Below, piece by piece: positions 27,926-41,730 of a stretch of 64,000 nt of DNA. Positions within the stretch are counted from its first letter, which is position 1. Each line of letters opens with the position of its first letter. A model generated the notes under the pieces. That model was not told the DNA's origin and made no database searches. It was given only the letters and a program-made list of their open reading frames with translations. The translations under genes were made by a program, and so were the position numbers. This stretch comes from Octopus vulgaris (taxonomy: Eukaryota): positions 41,106,001 to 41,170,000 of the forward strand of contig OX597820.1 in NCBI GenBank assembly GCA_951406725.2. The letters are read 5' to 3'.

Positions 27926-28813
27926 GAAGCTGATAGAAAATCTAGGAGAGGGAGAGGGAGAGAGAGAGAGAGAGAACTAAACAGTCACTAGAGCTGGAGG
28001 AGGAGAGACAAACAGACAAAGAAAGAGAAGTTGAAGAGATGATTGAGAGAATGAGAAACAAACCTTCTGTGTGCGTTTTGTATGGGTGTGCGTGTGTGAA
28101 TGTATGTATATGAGAAAGAAAGAAAGGAAGAACGAAAGAAAGGAAGGAAGAAAGAAAGAAAGTTTGACTTAGGCAGTAAGAACTATAAAAGGAAAAAGCC
28201 GAAGTCAAGAGCTGCACACAAAATCCAACAATCCTGTGACATTACCATTTCCTACTTTCCTTTGTCTCACCAGTTTATCCTTCTATCCGCCTCTTCCTCG
28301 AGCTTTCATTGGCCAATCACTGATTAGCTGACCAAATAAAACCACCGTTGATTTCAGTGGACATATTGGCGTTTGTTTGAACTTGAATTCAACCTTCAAT
28401 AATATGATCAGAAGTGATGGCAGTTCACCAGTCAACTGATATTGTACGCTTTTTCCCCACAGTACAAAAATCTACTGTTGAAATATCCTGCTGTCAATTT
28501 TCCATAATATCTCCACAGGTTCTTGGGCATCATCATATCCAGTAACAATGGTCACTTATGTTGAGCGTCCAACACAATCACCACAAAACTTTACCACATA
28601 TATATGTATACATCTGGAAACGCATACAAACAAAAATACACACACACACACACACATATATATATATGCATGCATACACACATACATATGTTTGTGTATG
28701 AATATACACACACGTGTATATATATATTCATGTGTGTGTAAATAAATAAATATATATATACACACACACGTTAATACGACATATATACATATGTGTATGC
28801 TTACGCAAGCACG

Positions 28814-28847
<34 letters not shown>

Positions 28848-31784
28848 CAAATTCACATGCATATACACTTGGATGCGCGTACTGACATACATACTCAGAT
28901 TAATAGATAGGCAAAAGGACAGACAGACAGATAAATATTCATGCACATACATGTATATGTAATACGTAAAATAATTCAGTCTCTGCATATGTGTATGCGC
29001 GTGTGCATGTACGTGGTGCACCTCACGAGTATATATATCCATAAATACATACACACACACATACACACACACACACACACGCACATATATATTTACGTTG
29101 TTGATGTTTTGCAAGATAAATTGAAGGAAAAGATTTGATCTTCGTTTGCATGCTTTTCATCTAACATTAAAGATTGTTCCTTAACCCCAGATGAAAACAA
29201 TAAAAAACAGTAAATAACGATATGAAAATGCTAACCAGCTACCAAATAGATAAGAAAAGAAATGGACAATTATTGCCGTGTTATTGCTATGTTAATACTA
29301 CATATCGAAAAATGTTATTTTAGAAAGGAAATTGATGCAGGACTCTGAATATCAAATGGTATATTATCAAAGAAATCCAACGTTACAAAAGTGTTAATGC
29401 AGCATCTCGGATGATCTTATTTTAAACATCCGACATGTTGTAATACTTCCGGTGGCGATCTGTGAGTTAATTGCATGAATTACTCCGTTATAATTTACTA
29501 AATAAAATTTACTTTGCAGTGCAACTTTCAGAAAATCTGAGACCATTCATTTAAATAGTTGGTTTAATTAGTCGAATTAACTGAGATATACTATTTCCCT
29601 GTGTTCATAATTTACAATGGAAGGATAACTTTACGCAAGACGTCCTATAATTCACAACAGTCCAGTTATTGTTAGAATTATCCGTACCATTATCTTTCAG
29701 TTTCCGTTCATTTCGACAAAGGGCGGTTGCATTTGTCTTGACTTTATTCTGGATCATGTAACAATTTTTAAGTCGTCCGCTTTCATATCAATGTAATATT
29801 TGGTCGAAGAAAACTTATACAATTGCAAAGTATTTATTTACTGCTTAAGTTTTGTATAATTTCCTCTGTTAACTTAATATTCGTTATTCACCGTGCTACA
29901 CCATAACTCACTCTTAACCAGCATATAATTCCCTTGTTTACTTTAATATCTCAACATTGGACTCAAGTGAGAAGTCCAGCTGGTTGCTTACTGTGCGCCA
30001 CAATCATCACCGAACGCTGGCAGATATAGCCATAACACTTGACATACTTTTTGTTACAGAGGTGCCATTTGAGGGTTGCTGTTTTGGCATGACATTTACA
30101 TTAATAGAATAGTATTCAATTTTACTCTTATATTGTCATAAATATACGTACTCTTTTCTAAGCATCGACTCCTCTTTACTTCGCCTTTCATTTTTTGTGT
30201 TAGAAATGGCGGTGGATTATAGATAATGTTAGAAAGTTTATCAAAATAGCTTATGGTAACTCTCAATACGTTCCAGAATGTTATGTACTCTGGTGACACT
30301 ATACATATATATAATGCGCATACATATACATGTATACTTATAAACGCACTCTTTTTGTGTACTGTGTGTGTCTGTGTGTATATTTTATTGTAAATATAGC
30401 ACAACCAAAGGTATGTAAGCAACCAGTGGTTTCATGTATGCAGATAAGGTCTATCCGGTGTCATAGAACCTCTTGAGGGATTTTAAAATTCTTCAGACTA
30501 AAGAATGGTTAAATTGACTTCGTGAAGGATCTAAGATCTTAGGTACCCATCTTATGCAGATAACAAATGATTGCCAGTGTATACGTGGCTGTGTTATACC
30601 TTTTATAAATTAACTGTTTTACTACTTCGTGAAAATTGAGTTCTTTTATTATTTGTTGACTTATATAACGCAACACATGCGTGCATACGTACATAATGTA
30701 TACAAGCATACATAAAAAACATGTGTGTGTGTACATAATTGTTTTGAATATGTATATGTTTATTTCCCCTAACACAATACTGATACGTAGATATTTTACA
30801 CATCGAACTTACATATGCACAGAAGTAAACTCAGGCACGCTTTCCAAATTTTAATTGCATATACATCTATTTAGGCGGTGCACAAACACGTGCACACGCA
30901 AAAACACACGCACAAACACAAACACACATATGCAACACATACATGCACGCGTGTGCACCCCACTCTAATAACATAGTCACGTTCTATAATATTATTTAAT
31001 AGATTTCATGGTCGTTTCACACAAACACATCTTTGTACCAATGATGTATGATGATGATCTCAGAGAGATGTCTATAGAAGACAAAACCGAGACGGGAAAT
31101 GATTAGAAGAATGAAATGGATGAAGAGAAGGAATGTGACTGAGTTGATTATGTCTGTTAGTCGTCAGAATACCGAAGCACATAGTTGTTATGTGGTAGAC
31201 ACAGACCAATGAAGCAAAGCTACATCTTTACAAGGGATTGCCATTGGTCAAAGACGAGAAAATGGCAGAATAACGAAAATACTCGACACACTACTTAACA
31301 ATTCTTTCTGTTCCTCTTTCCTGCATTATCTCACTGTCTCTCTCAACCTAATATCAAAACGACAGTGATAAATACACCAGTGTCTATATCTATAACAATC
31401 TCTAAAACTATATGTCTCTGTGTAAGAGAGATATTTCACCTACGGGTCTACATATAAGTGTATACACATAAAATACACCTATTCTCATTTCTCATACATA
31501 TATGAATATGTGTATGTAGATATAATTAAACTTAAATATACGTGTAGAGATATAAATATACGTATGTGAGCATACGTATAATTATAATACTGTTTATTAT
31601 GATTACTACACACAAATACAGTGTTAGAGTGCTAGAAGTTCGCTACACAGCCACAAGGAATCGGGTTCGAGTGCCTTTTACCATAGCTTTGGGTGGAACC
31701 AAAATTGGTATATGAATTTGAGTAGACGGAATCTGTGTAGAAGTCCGTGGAGTTGATTGTATCTGCAAATTCAAAGGGTTGGTT

Positions 31785-32120
31785 CATTGGTTAGAGCGTC
31801 GGGTTCATAATAATGGAATAATGAATTCGATTCCCGGACTGGGCTGTGAATTGTTCTCTTGAGCAAGACACTTTATTTCACGTTGTTCGAGTTCACGCGG
31901 CAGTATAAACGCGTTGCGACGTCACTGGTGTCAAGCTGTATAGGCTTTTGCCATCCCCTTGGTTAACATTGGTGGTGTTGAAAAAGGAGGCTGATATGCA
32001 TGGGCGACTGCTGGTCTTCCATAAACAACCTTGCCCGGACTTGTGCCTCGGAAAGTAACTTTCTAGGTGTAATCCCATGGTCATTCATGACCGAAGAGTG
32101 TCTTTGCCCATTACCTTTTA
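31785..32120 (+). mobile_element. SINE family C
   Basis: TGGTTAGAGC..TTCGATTCCC tRNA-like head, CTTGAGCAAGACACTTTATTTCACGTTG core, tail shared with 24649-24720. Confidence 0.8.
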
Positions 32121-32199
32121 AACGAATATACTTCTATCAATGTGTATACACACGCATTTACATACAACTATAAATATCCACATACATATACGGACTTAC

Positions 32200-32419
32200 A
32201 TAGGGAGAATTCCTGAAAAAAAACAAAAGACGAAGACAGGTGGTGTAGAAAACAAACAGATGTATTAGTATAACGCTCGGGAATTGGAAAAAGTCTTTTA
32301 CGTTTCGAGCCTATGCTCTTCCACAGAAAGAAACAAGGAGAGAAAATAATGTGTTGTGTAGTGGCTACCGATCTATCATGGCGACAGTCCGAACGTCGCC
32401 ATGATTGCGCTTTTGTTCC

Positions 32420-32422
<3 letters not shown>
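32200..32422 (-). mobile_element. Penelope-like terminal repeat fragment (P2) with degenerate minimal hammerhead
   Basis: Minus strand 32294-32331: TCTTT-CTGTGGA-A-GAGC-ATAG-GCTC-GAAAC-GTA-AAAGA (helices I and II paired, core A6>U); also an 11-bp hairpin at 32375-32405. Confidence 0.55.
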
Positions 32423-32458
<36 letters not shown>

Positions 32459-32477
32459 CACACACACACACACACAC

Positions 32478-32515
<38 letters not shown>

Positions 32516-32525
32516 TACAAAAGAC

Positions 32526-32561
<36 letters not shown>

Positions 32562-32926
32562 CATATATGCGCATATAAGGTTGCAATGATTCTTCAAGGT
32601 TAAGATTCCTTGCCGCCTTCCTCAGACGGCTTCACAATGGTTTTCGTGAACCACTTAAATACAATGTCACATTAATTTTAAACTTTAAAAGAATCCTTTT
32701 ATTCTAAGCACATGGTTAATGCATGAAGGGGTAACAGGTGGGATTCTCATTATTTCCCTTTGCTGATCAGCGGAGTACAGTTTCACCTCGGTTCTGCATA
32801 TGATCTTATAAATGACATATGCATATATTGCTATTAAATACATGTGTATGTATGCATGTGTATATGTGTGTATGTATGTATATATATATATGCACATATA
32901 TAAAAATCCATGTATGTGTATATGCT

Positions 32927-32961
<35 letters not shown>

Positions 32962-33031
32962 GCAGCCACACATCTACTTATAGATACGTGCACACTCATA
33001 CACACTCACACACACACACATACACACACAC

Positions 33032-33072
<41 letters not shown>

Positions 33073-33155
33073 GGTCCCGGGTTGTTTCGGGGTTAACCAC
33101 AGTAAATAAGGTACTCAATACATAGCAGAGTAAAATTAATTTATTATATAGAAGG

Positions 33156-33206
33156 AGCTTCTACAGGACTAGAACTGTTTCATTCAAGAGAAATCTTCAG
33201 GAAGCT
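33156..33206 (-). ncRNA. Type I hammerhead ribozyme (mirror copy)
   Basis: Identical to the plus-strand motif because of the palindrome. Confidence 0.75.
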
Positions 33207-33253
33207 TCCTGAAGATTTCTCTTGAATGAAACAGTTCTAGTCCTGTAGAAGCT
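33203..33253 (+). ncRNA. Type I hammerhead ribozyme
   Basis: AGCTTC-CTGAAGA-T-TTC-TCTT-GAA-T-GAAA-CAG-TTCTAGTC-CTGT-A-GAAGCT: 6-bp helix I, 3-bp helix II, 4-bp helix III, GUA cleavage triplet. Confidence 0.75.
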
Positions 33254-33263
33254 CCTTCTATAT

Positions 33264-33311
<48 letters not shown>

Positions 33312-33824
33312 ACATGCTACCTCACTCCCTCATTCGTGCAGACAATGGTTTAGTTCTGCTAGCAAGGTTCAGGTTAGGGTATAGTGGTAGGGGGTAAAAA
33401 TTTCATATTTGTCGTTAACGGTGGGTCATTAAAAGAAAAAACGAAAAAAAAAAGTCGAAAGGACGAACCAACAGCTGTCTTTATTTCCACTAACTTCTTT
33501 GTTGCACAGTCGTCACGACATAAAATAAAGGCCAGATGCCGTTTGGCGTTCATTATACCTTTCTGCTATAATTTTGTCTCCTCACAGATGATGGCAATTC
33601 AGTATGCATAGTTTTAAGCTACTTTTAAAATCAATCTCTTCTGTTTTTGGTGTTCTTGTTGTTGGAAGGGGTTAATTGTTGCTGTCTGTTTTTTTGCTGA
33701 ACTTCAGCCTTGTTTAAGCTGACCTTTAATCAACAACGTACTTCTCATTGAGGCTTACGTTGTTCAGTATTCTATTTCTTCATGACAGTAGTGCATTTCG
33801 AGGCAGTGTTTCTTAGCTATTACG

Positions 33825-33975
33825 GCAATGTGGTTGGGAAGTCTACCTTGCAACTATGGGGCTTTTGGTTTCAGTCCAAGTATGAGAGATCTTGTGCAAG
33901 TATTTTCTACAATAGAGCCGGGGTAACCGGTGTCTCGCAAATGAATTCTGTAAATTGAAACTCTGTGGAATAGTG

Positions 33976-33978
<3 letters not shown>
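33825..33978 (+). mobile_element. SINE family A head, highly diverged
   Basis: ATCTTGTGCAAGTATTTTCTACAATAG..GAAACT..GTCGT followed by (TG)n; similar relics at 31640-31750(+) and 43800-43945(-). Confidence 0.5.
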
Positions 33979-34028
<50 letters not shown>

Positions 34029-34187
34029 CGTATGTGTATGTATGTATGTATGTGTGTGTGTGTGTGCATGTATAATGTATTTCATTGTGATCTGCGAGCC
34101 TAAAGTGTCCTCACTATTCTATACAGTCTGTTCATGGCGAACTAGCATAGGCATGGTACAGCAGTTTTACTTCTTATGAAATTATCG

Positions 34188-34209
34188 TTATTATTATTAT
34201 TATTATTAT

Positions 34210-34288
<79 letters not shown>

Positions 34289-34349
34289 GGTGGTAGTAGT
34301 AGTTGTTGTTGTTGTTATTGTTGTAGTAGTGGTGGTGGTGGTGGTGGTG

Positions 34350-34431
<82 letters not shown>

Positions 34432-34450
34432 TAGTAGCAGCAGCAGCAGC
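34188..34450. repeat. (TAT)(TAG)(GTG)(CAG) compound trinucleotide tract
   Basis: Direct reading; similar tracts at 8053-8195, 41075-41132, 51480-51770, 63160-63600 and 60-420. Confidence 0.95.
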
Positions 34451-35079
34451 TGAAGCAGTAACAGCAGCGATAGTTTATTCATTGTCGACGCCAGTTTCTA
34501 TTCGTCTTATTTTTTTTTTTGTTTCTGTAGTGTTTGTTGTCTTTAACTTTGCATTTCGTTTTAACCTCACCATTTTGTTTTATTGTTGCTGTTACCGTTG
34601 CTGTTGCTATCACTGCTGTTGCTGTTGCTGTTGTTCTCACTTCTTTTTTTTTTTGTCTATTCTTACATTTCTCTTCAAGTGCCATTTGCCACCATTCTAA
34701 GAGCAGTTTGTTGACAGAGCCTATTGACTTTTACTAATGAAGAATTCCAACGAGAACGTCAAACCTCGTCGACATTTCACTTAAGACATCTCACTGATGC
34801 TGACGAGTTGTCTTTAGCATCTTTACCGTTTTGTACCATCTAACATCGTTACCCATGTTAAGCCGTTGACATCACTGTGTCACTTCTCTTGGAGATTACA
34901 CATGCGTGCAATGTTGTCAGTTAGTCAAGTAATCTGTCTGTATGTGCCAATATGTCTTGCCATTAATTCTTTGAGCGCACGAGCGCGTGCATGCAGATCT
35001 GCATACATGCATGTTTGAATGACTGAATGTGTGTGTGTGTGAGAGAGAGAGACTGTGTCTGTATGTGTGTGTTCGTATG

Positions 35080-35130
<51 letters not shown>

Positions 35131-35440
35131 GCACGGTCGGACTCACTCACATAAATACACACACAGACATGCCCATATATGTATATATATATTTACTGAT
35201 ACACACATGCATTTGAATGTATTTTTGTGTATGTATGTATATAACAATGTATGTAAAGTACGTGCAATTGGTTGTTTGCATATACCTTATTTACTCAAAT
35301 ATGTATGGGAGTGTGTATATAAACTGTGTGTGGATGAAACACGTAGCGTGTATACACACACACAGGAATAAAGTTTCAAGTAGTCATAAACAGGACTATA
35401 TATGTATGTATGCGTGCATAAGTAGATGGAGTGATTGGTA

Positions 35441-35482
<42 letters not shown>

Positions 35483-35502
35483 TACATACACACAGCTAGC
35501 TG

Positions 35503-35586
<84 letters not shown>

Positions 35587-36629
35587 TATAGATAGATAGA
35601 TAGATACGCACATACATATGTATATACATACACTTATATACATACAAATACATATATAAATACATGTACGCAATGTAGATGCATGCATGTATACAGCATA
35701 CCTAGAAAGGTGTACAAAGGTTTTGTGTACACAACCTAATTGTGTTTAATGAAAGAACAGTCGAAATTAATCTTTGCTTAGCTCCCACTTCTCACATACA
35801 TGCATAGCCGTCGCCCAGGCATTCATGTACGTATGTCTTCACCATTTGACTTCAGTGTTTTTTTTCTTTTCTCTTTTTCTCTGTTCATGTAACCATTATA
35901 CCCTTCGTTCTCTCATTCTCTCTCTCTCTCGTTTATATTTGTGTGTGTGGATCTGTCAAGTAATTTAATTCCACATTGTACATTTCTTATGTAAGCAGCC
36001 TCTCACTTCCCACTTTATATTGTCCGTGGCACACCTTTCTCAATTTATTTCTGTGCATGCATGTATGTATATGTGTGTGTGTGCGTGCATGTGTGTTTGT
36101 GTGCGTACGTGCGTACGTGTGTGTTTGTGTACATGTCTGTGTATGTAAGTATATATTTCATGTTTTTTCAATTATTTCAGTTCTTATAAAGGAAGGAGCA
36201 GGTTTTTTAGCTGAGAAGTAAATTTTCATCGCCGGAATTTGGTTAACATCAGCAGTAAATATTTACATGTTGAACTTTACAAAAGACTTGAATATTTTTA
36301 TTGTTCCGCCTACAAGTTATATCTACATGGTGCCTATTAACTGTTTACCTTCTTTGTTAACATGAATCTATTTTTATATCGAGCCATTGTGAAAACTGGC
36401 ATCATTGTTTACTTGTTTCCACTTGAGCCATTAACCATTGCTGCATTCCTAATGCTGAATGCGAGATGCTTGTGTATTCGGTCTTGTCTTCGGAAGCTAG
36501 CAACTCGTCAGCCGAGATGGCGCTTCAAGTAAACCAATGAAGATCCATTCTAAATTTTTATATAGCTGTGTGCAGAAACCGCCTGTACAGAGAGCCAGCC
36601 AGCCATGTCACTGAGTGCTGAGAAATCGT

Positions 36630-36910
36630 GCAATGGTATGAAAGTATTGACCCTTGAAATATAGGGTCTTTCAGACTGCGGCGATAGCATTATTCTGGGT
36701 TCTGATTGCCAGTTCTGTTTGGCTAAGCCGCCTTAGCTATTTCTCGTTTATTTCCTAGGATTCGAGCTTGACCTAATAACCGATGATTCCAGATTATCAA
36801 AAACATCTTTGATATCTGCTAATCTACGCAAAAGTAGTAGCTTGATGCTTTGGTGCATTGGGGAGAATGGTCTGTAGAACAGCTATTCTACGACCAGGTC
36901 AGAAATGCTT
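36630..36910 (-). pseudogene. Ancient LINE (CR1/L2-like) reverse transcriptase remnant
   Basis: Minus strand, mixed frames, in expected order: HF*PGR (cf. HGFRPGR), DIKDVFDN (cf. DLSKAFDS), KLES*EIN (cf. KLESYGI), QGSILS (cf. PQGSVLGP). Confidence 0.45.
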
Positions 36911-37555
36911 CTTAGAAATTATTTGACTGTTTTAACAGATAGCATTGCAGTTGTTTCTGAACTAATGATTCCATTACTTTGTTAATGGTGATATATAATG
37001 AAACAGCTCCGTATTTTGACGGATGAAGAATCTCTATAATGTATGGAAATCAGAGAGGGGATCTTCTTCTCATTTCGAAATACCACATGAGTGAAGCTCA
37101 GGTAAGAGAGGCGACAGAGAGGTCAACTAGGTCAATACATCACTCTTTCAAGACTCCGGCGAGAATTTGATCTGGGACGTCGGCTTTATCGCTTATGCGC
37201 TATTGCACTGTTAATAATTTCATTTACGTCGTACATCACACGCTGTAGTAGTCAGTGCATATATGTATGCATGCATTTGCATACGTACGTACGTACGTAC
37301 GTATGTATGTATGTATGTATGTATGTATGTATGTATGTATGTATGTATGTATGTATCTATCTATCTATCTATCTATTTATCTATCTATTTAGCCATCTCA
37401 ATCTAGCTATCTATCAGTCTATCTGGTTGTCTATCAATATATGTATTACTATCTTCCTATCTCTATAAGTCTATATCTGTCTATCTCTTTTCTCTGTCTG
37501 TCTCTCTCTCACTTTCTCTCTTACTTTCTCACTCTCTCGCTTTCTTTCTCTCTCT

Positions 37556-37594
<39 letters not shown>

Positions 37595-37873
37595 AACACC
37601 CTCACCCAATCAATCTCGTTATATACATATACATATCTGTATGTATGTGTGTGTGTGTGGTGTGTGTGTGTGCGCGCGCATGTGTATACATACATATATA
37701 TTTATATATGCACACAGCTATCGGTCGGACACTTTCGATCTTGTTCTCTATTCTGCTCTAATGTTGTCTCCGAAACTGACATTTTTTTTTTTTATCATAA
37801 TGGTCTGTCCTCGCATCTCTGATATACATACATACACACACACATACATACATACATACATACATACATACAT

Positions 37874-37971
<98 letters not shown>

Positions 37972-38797
37972 CATATATATGTGCATGTGTGGTGTACATA
38001 TACATATATATATATATATATATATACTCGCATTGTCACAAAACCTAATATAGACACACTCAAGTTCATGCCCTCAGTCATTTTTGACACACATATATAT
38101 ATATATATACACACATGCACAAACACAATGACGTATACGCATATTTCATGCAGTCACACGCAGGCACATATATACATTATACATTTATACATACATAGAA
38201 CAATGAAACAAAATAAACAACCAAAAAACAAAAAAAAAAAAAGAGAACACAACATAATCACGCAGACACATACACAAGTACACGGTCTGCATATATGAAT
38301 GACTGTATGGTACAGAGAGGCTCACATCACATCAGTGTAATATGGAGTCTTTTCCACCTCACACACTCTTCCCCCCCCCGCCTCTCTCTCTCTCTCTTCT
38401 CTCTCTTTCTTCCCGCTCTCCCTCTTTCTCTCTCAGTCTCTCTCTCGTTCCCTGTCTTTCCCTCTCTAACTCCATAGCTGCAACAGTGAATATCATATAC
38501 CAGCACAACCACCACTACTACCATCACCGGTGCTGCTACCAATTTCTTCCCCCCCCCCCTCGTCATCTCTCCTAAGCCCACCACCGTCTCCTCCACCGTC
38601 TCCAACCCAACTCCACCGTCATCAGTTCTAAAAACCCGCCATCACCGTTTCCCCCACTCCTCTTAATAAGAGACCTGTTGCCGAACCATTTTACCATGGC
38701 GACCGCCTCGTATCGATCACAGCGGGCGGAAAGTAGAAATGGGAGATTTGGCTTGAGGAGAAATCTTATCTGTCGATGACTGGATAGAGGAGAACAT

Positions 38798-38828
38798 GGG
38801 GAGGGGAGGGGTGAGGTGGGGCGGGGGG
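38798..38828 (+). other. G-quadruplex-forming motif
   Basis: GGGG-A-GGGG-A-GGGG-TGAGGT-GGGG-C-GGGGGG. Confidence 0.6.
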
Positions 38829-39132
38829 TGAGAGTGTGTATTATAGAGGAGCGGGAGGGGGAGGTTGGGTTTGGTGGTGGTGGTGGTGGTGGTGGTGGAA
38901 GACGGTTGGAGACGGTGGAGCGACGGTGTTAGGCAGTAGATTGAGTATGAAATGAAAGGAAGATAGAAAATGATAAAGAAGGACATGAAGGAAGTGGGGG
39001 GGGGGGTGAAGGAGGGGTAAGAAAAGTAGAAAGTGAGTGAGTTAATGTGTGAAGGGAAGCTGTGTGAGAGGAAGGAGATAGGAGATAGAGAGAAACAGAA
39101 AGAAAAGCAGAGAGAGAGAGAGAGATGGAGAA

Positions 39133-39204
<72 letters not shown>

Positions 39205-39368
39205 AAGACACTAAGACTAAAGAGATGAGAGAGGGAGAAGAAATTAAGACGGAAGAAAGAACTGCAAAACGGTGAATTGATTAGATACACAGAATATATG
39301 TGTGTGCTTATGTGTGCGTTTGTGTGTGCGTGTGTGCATATTAGTCTGTGCGTATATATATATATATA

Positions 39369-39406
<38 letters not shown>

Positions 39407-39674
39407 TATGTGCATTTATATATATATATATAGTTATCTAGATAGATGGATAGATAGATACAGAGATAGCCAGATAGATATAGATATGTGTATGTATATA
39501 CTTGAGTGCATATGTATATTTATGCATAGATATGTATATATGTATATATATATATATCTTTTTTATATGTATATATAGGTTCGTGAGTGTATGTATGTAT
39601 GTATGTATGTATATATTTGTGTGTATGTATATATATATATATATGCACAGATAGATAGATAGATGATAGATAGG

Positions 39675-39750
<76 letters not shown>

Positions 39751-40342
39751 GAGAGAGGCATGATCTCTTATATGTATGTATGCATGCATGTATGTATATA
39801 GAGAGATAGGTCCGTCGGTCGGTAGGTAGGTAGTTAGGTAGGTAGGTAGGTAGGTATATAGGTAGGTAGGTAGGTAGGTAGGTAGGTAGGTAGGTAGGTA
39901 GGTAGGTAGGTAGGTAGGTAGGTAGGTAGGTAGGTAGGTAGGTAGGTAGGAGAGAGATACGTAAATGGAACGTCGATTCGAGAGGAAATGTTATAATATG
40001 GGTGAGGTTTTGCCTATGTCCATTAGCTTCGATCACGAAGTTTGTCAATAGTTGTTCTCCGTCGAAATGTGACAACATAAGTTCCTATTGTGACTGCTGT
40101 GGTGGACGATCATGTTGACGGTGGTGGTGGTGGTAGTGGTGGTTGGCTGGTTGGTTGGTTGGTAGTGTTGGTGGTTGCGATGGTTTTACTGTTGGACACT
40201 GGATGGTAGATGGATGAAGGAGCTGATGGCTAATGGCGAATTTGATGTTAGCGGTCGTTTTGTCATCGGCGAAGATTGGATGAAGTGGAGGGGCGTTTAG
40301 CAGCAACGAAAAACAAGGAGTGAAGTATAAAGAGAAAAAGAG

Positions 40343-40385
<43 letters not shown>

Positions 40386-40394
40386 CAAATAGAC

Positions 40395-40495
<101 letters not shown>

Positions 40496-40928
40496 GATAG
40501 ATAGATAGAGAGATAGATAGATAGATAGATAGAGAGATAGATAGAGAGATAGATAGATAGATATGGAGAAAGAGAGAGAGAGAGAGAGAGAGATTGAGAG
40601 ACGGGGGAAATGAGAAAGAGGGAGGGAGAGAGAGAGAATGATAAAAAGTGGAAAGAGAATGGAATAGAGAGATAGAAGGAAAGACAAAGAAAGAATTGGA
40701 GGAATAGAAATCAAGTAGTCATTGTAAATGGTAATTCCGAAGAAAACATTGATGATAAAGCAGAGTAAGTCGAGACAGTGAAATCTTGCGGGATTGGCAG
40801 CTTACAGTTTCCTGGCACGGTTGGTTTTAATGCATTCCAAGACCTTCCTGCAGAATTTCCAATTTCGTTCTCAATCTCTCTGCGTCTACCATTTGCCGCA
40901 AGTCTCTTCAATTTGTCCTTCTTTGCAG

Positions 40929-40964
40929 ACAGCTCGCCCACTGAGAAGACGACGTCGTAGTTCG
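40929..40964 (+). CDS. Candidate 36-nt symmetric coding micro-exon (TARPLRRRRRSS); host gene unknown
   Basis: Acceptor TCTCTTCAATTTGTCCTTCTTTGCAG, donor G|GTAAAT, length divisible by 3, only frame 0 open, unique non-repetitive upstream flank. Confidence 0.55.
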
Positions 40965-41073
40965 GTAAATAATGAGTGCGTGCGTATGTGTTTGCATGTG
41001 TGTATGTGTGTGTGTATGTGTGTGTGTATGTGTAAGTGCGTGTGTGTATATGCTTACACTTTTGGATGAATCT

Positions 41074-41132
<59 letters not shown>

Positions 41133-41431
41133 ATCAATGGTGTACAAAACACACCGAAGAACATATAACACAGATAAACCGAATAACAAAAGTGTGTGTT
41201 TTTGCTGGTTGGCTGGTTAGTTGGCTGGTTTGGTATGTGAAAGAGTTTGTATTGTAAGAAATATCTGGAATCAAGCGTACCTCTTGAAGCTTCACATGAA
41301 GAATCTAAACATAAAAAAAGAAATGCTACACACACACACACACACACACATTTCATAAAGGAGTCATATTTCTGAGAACTCGATTTTTAATACTGTATAG
41401 TGAAGAATCTGAATATATATATATATATATA

Positions 41432-41725
41432 TGTTAATAAAATAGAACATATGCATATATATAAACATATATGTACGTACCTACCTCTACATGTACATAT
41501 ACACGCATATATGTGTACAGGACACCAAAAAGACGTCGAACACATAGAGAGACGAAAAACATAGACACAAACCAAGGGACAAGACAAGCAAAAAAAAGAG
41601 AGATACAAGACAATAAGCACAACGAAAAATCCCCTTCTTCAGTCGCTAAGGTTTCATCTACTAAACGTTTCGAAGGATAAAAGCGAGACGTATACTTCGA
41701 AGAAAACTTCCTTCCTGCGAAAAGC
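41432..41725. mobile_element. Dispersed repeat P1, copy 3 (diverged)
   Basis: GTACAGGACACCAAAA..ACAAGACAA..CCCCTTCTTCAG..GTTTCGAAGGA collinear with 5180-5447. Confidence 0.6.
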
Positions 41726-41730
41726 ATATA

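Larger units (their letters stand above)
33141..33268. repeat. Perfect 128-bp palindrome (no spacer) in a (TA)n-embedded element (33070-33268)
   Basis: Centre GAAG|CTTC at 33204/33205; symmetry checked base by base out to 33141/33268. Confidence 0.95.

Noticed and set aside
32590-32630. Minus-strand CTGAGGA-AGG..CCTT-GAAG hammerhead-like string
   Set aside because: GAAG instead of GAAA and no helix I/III pairing
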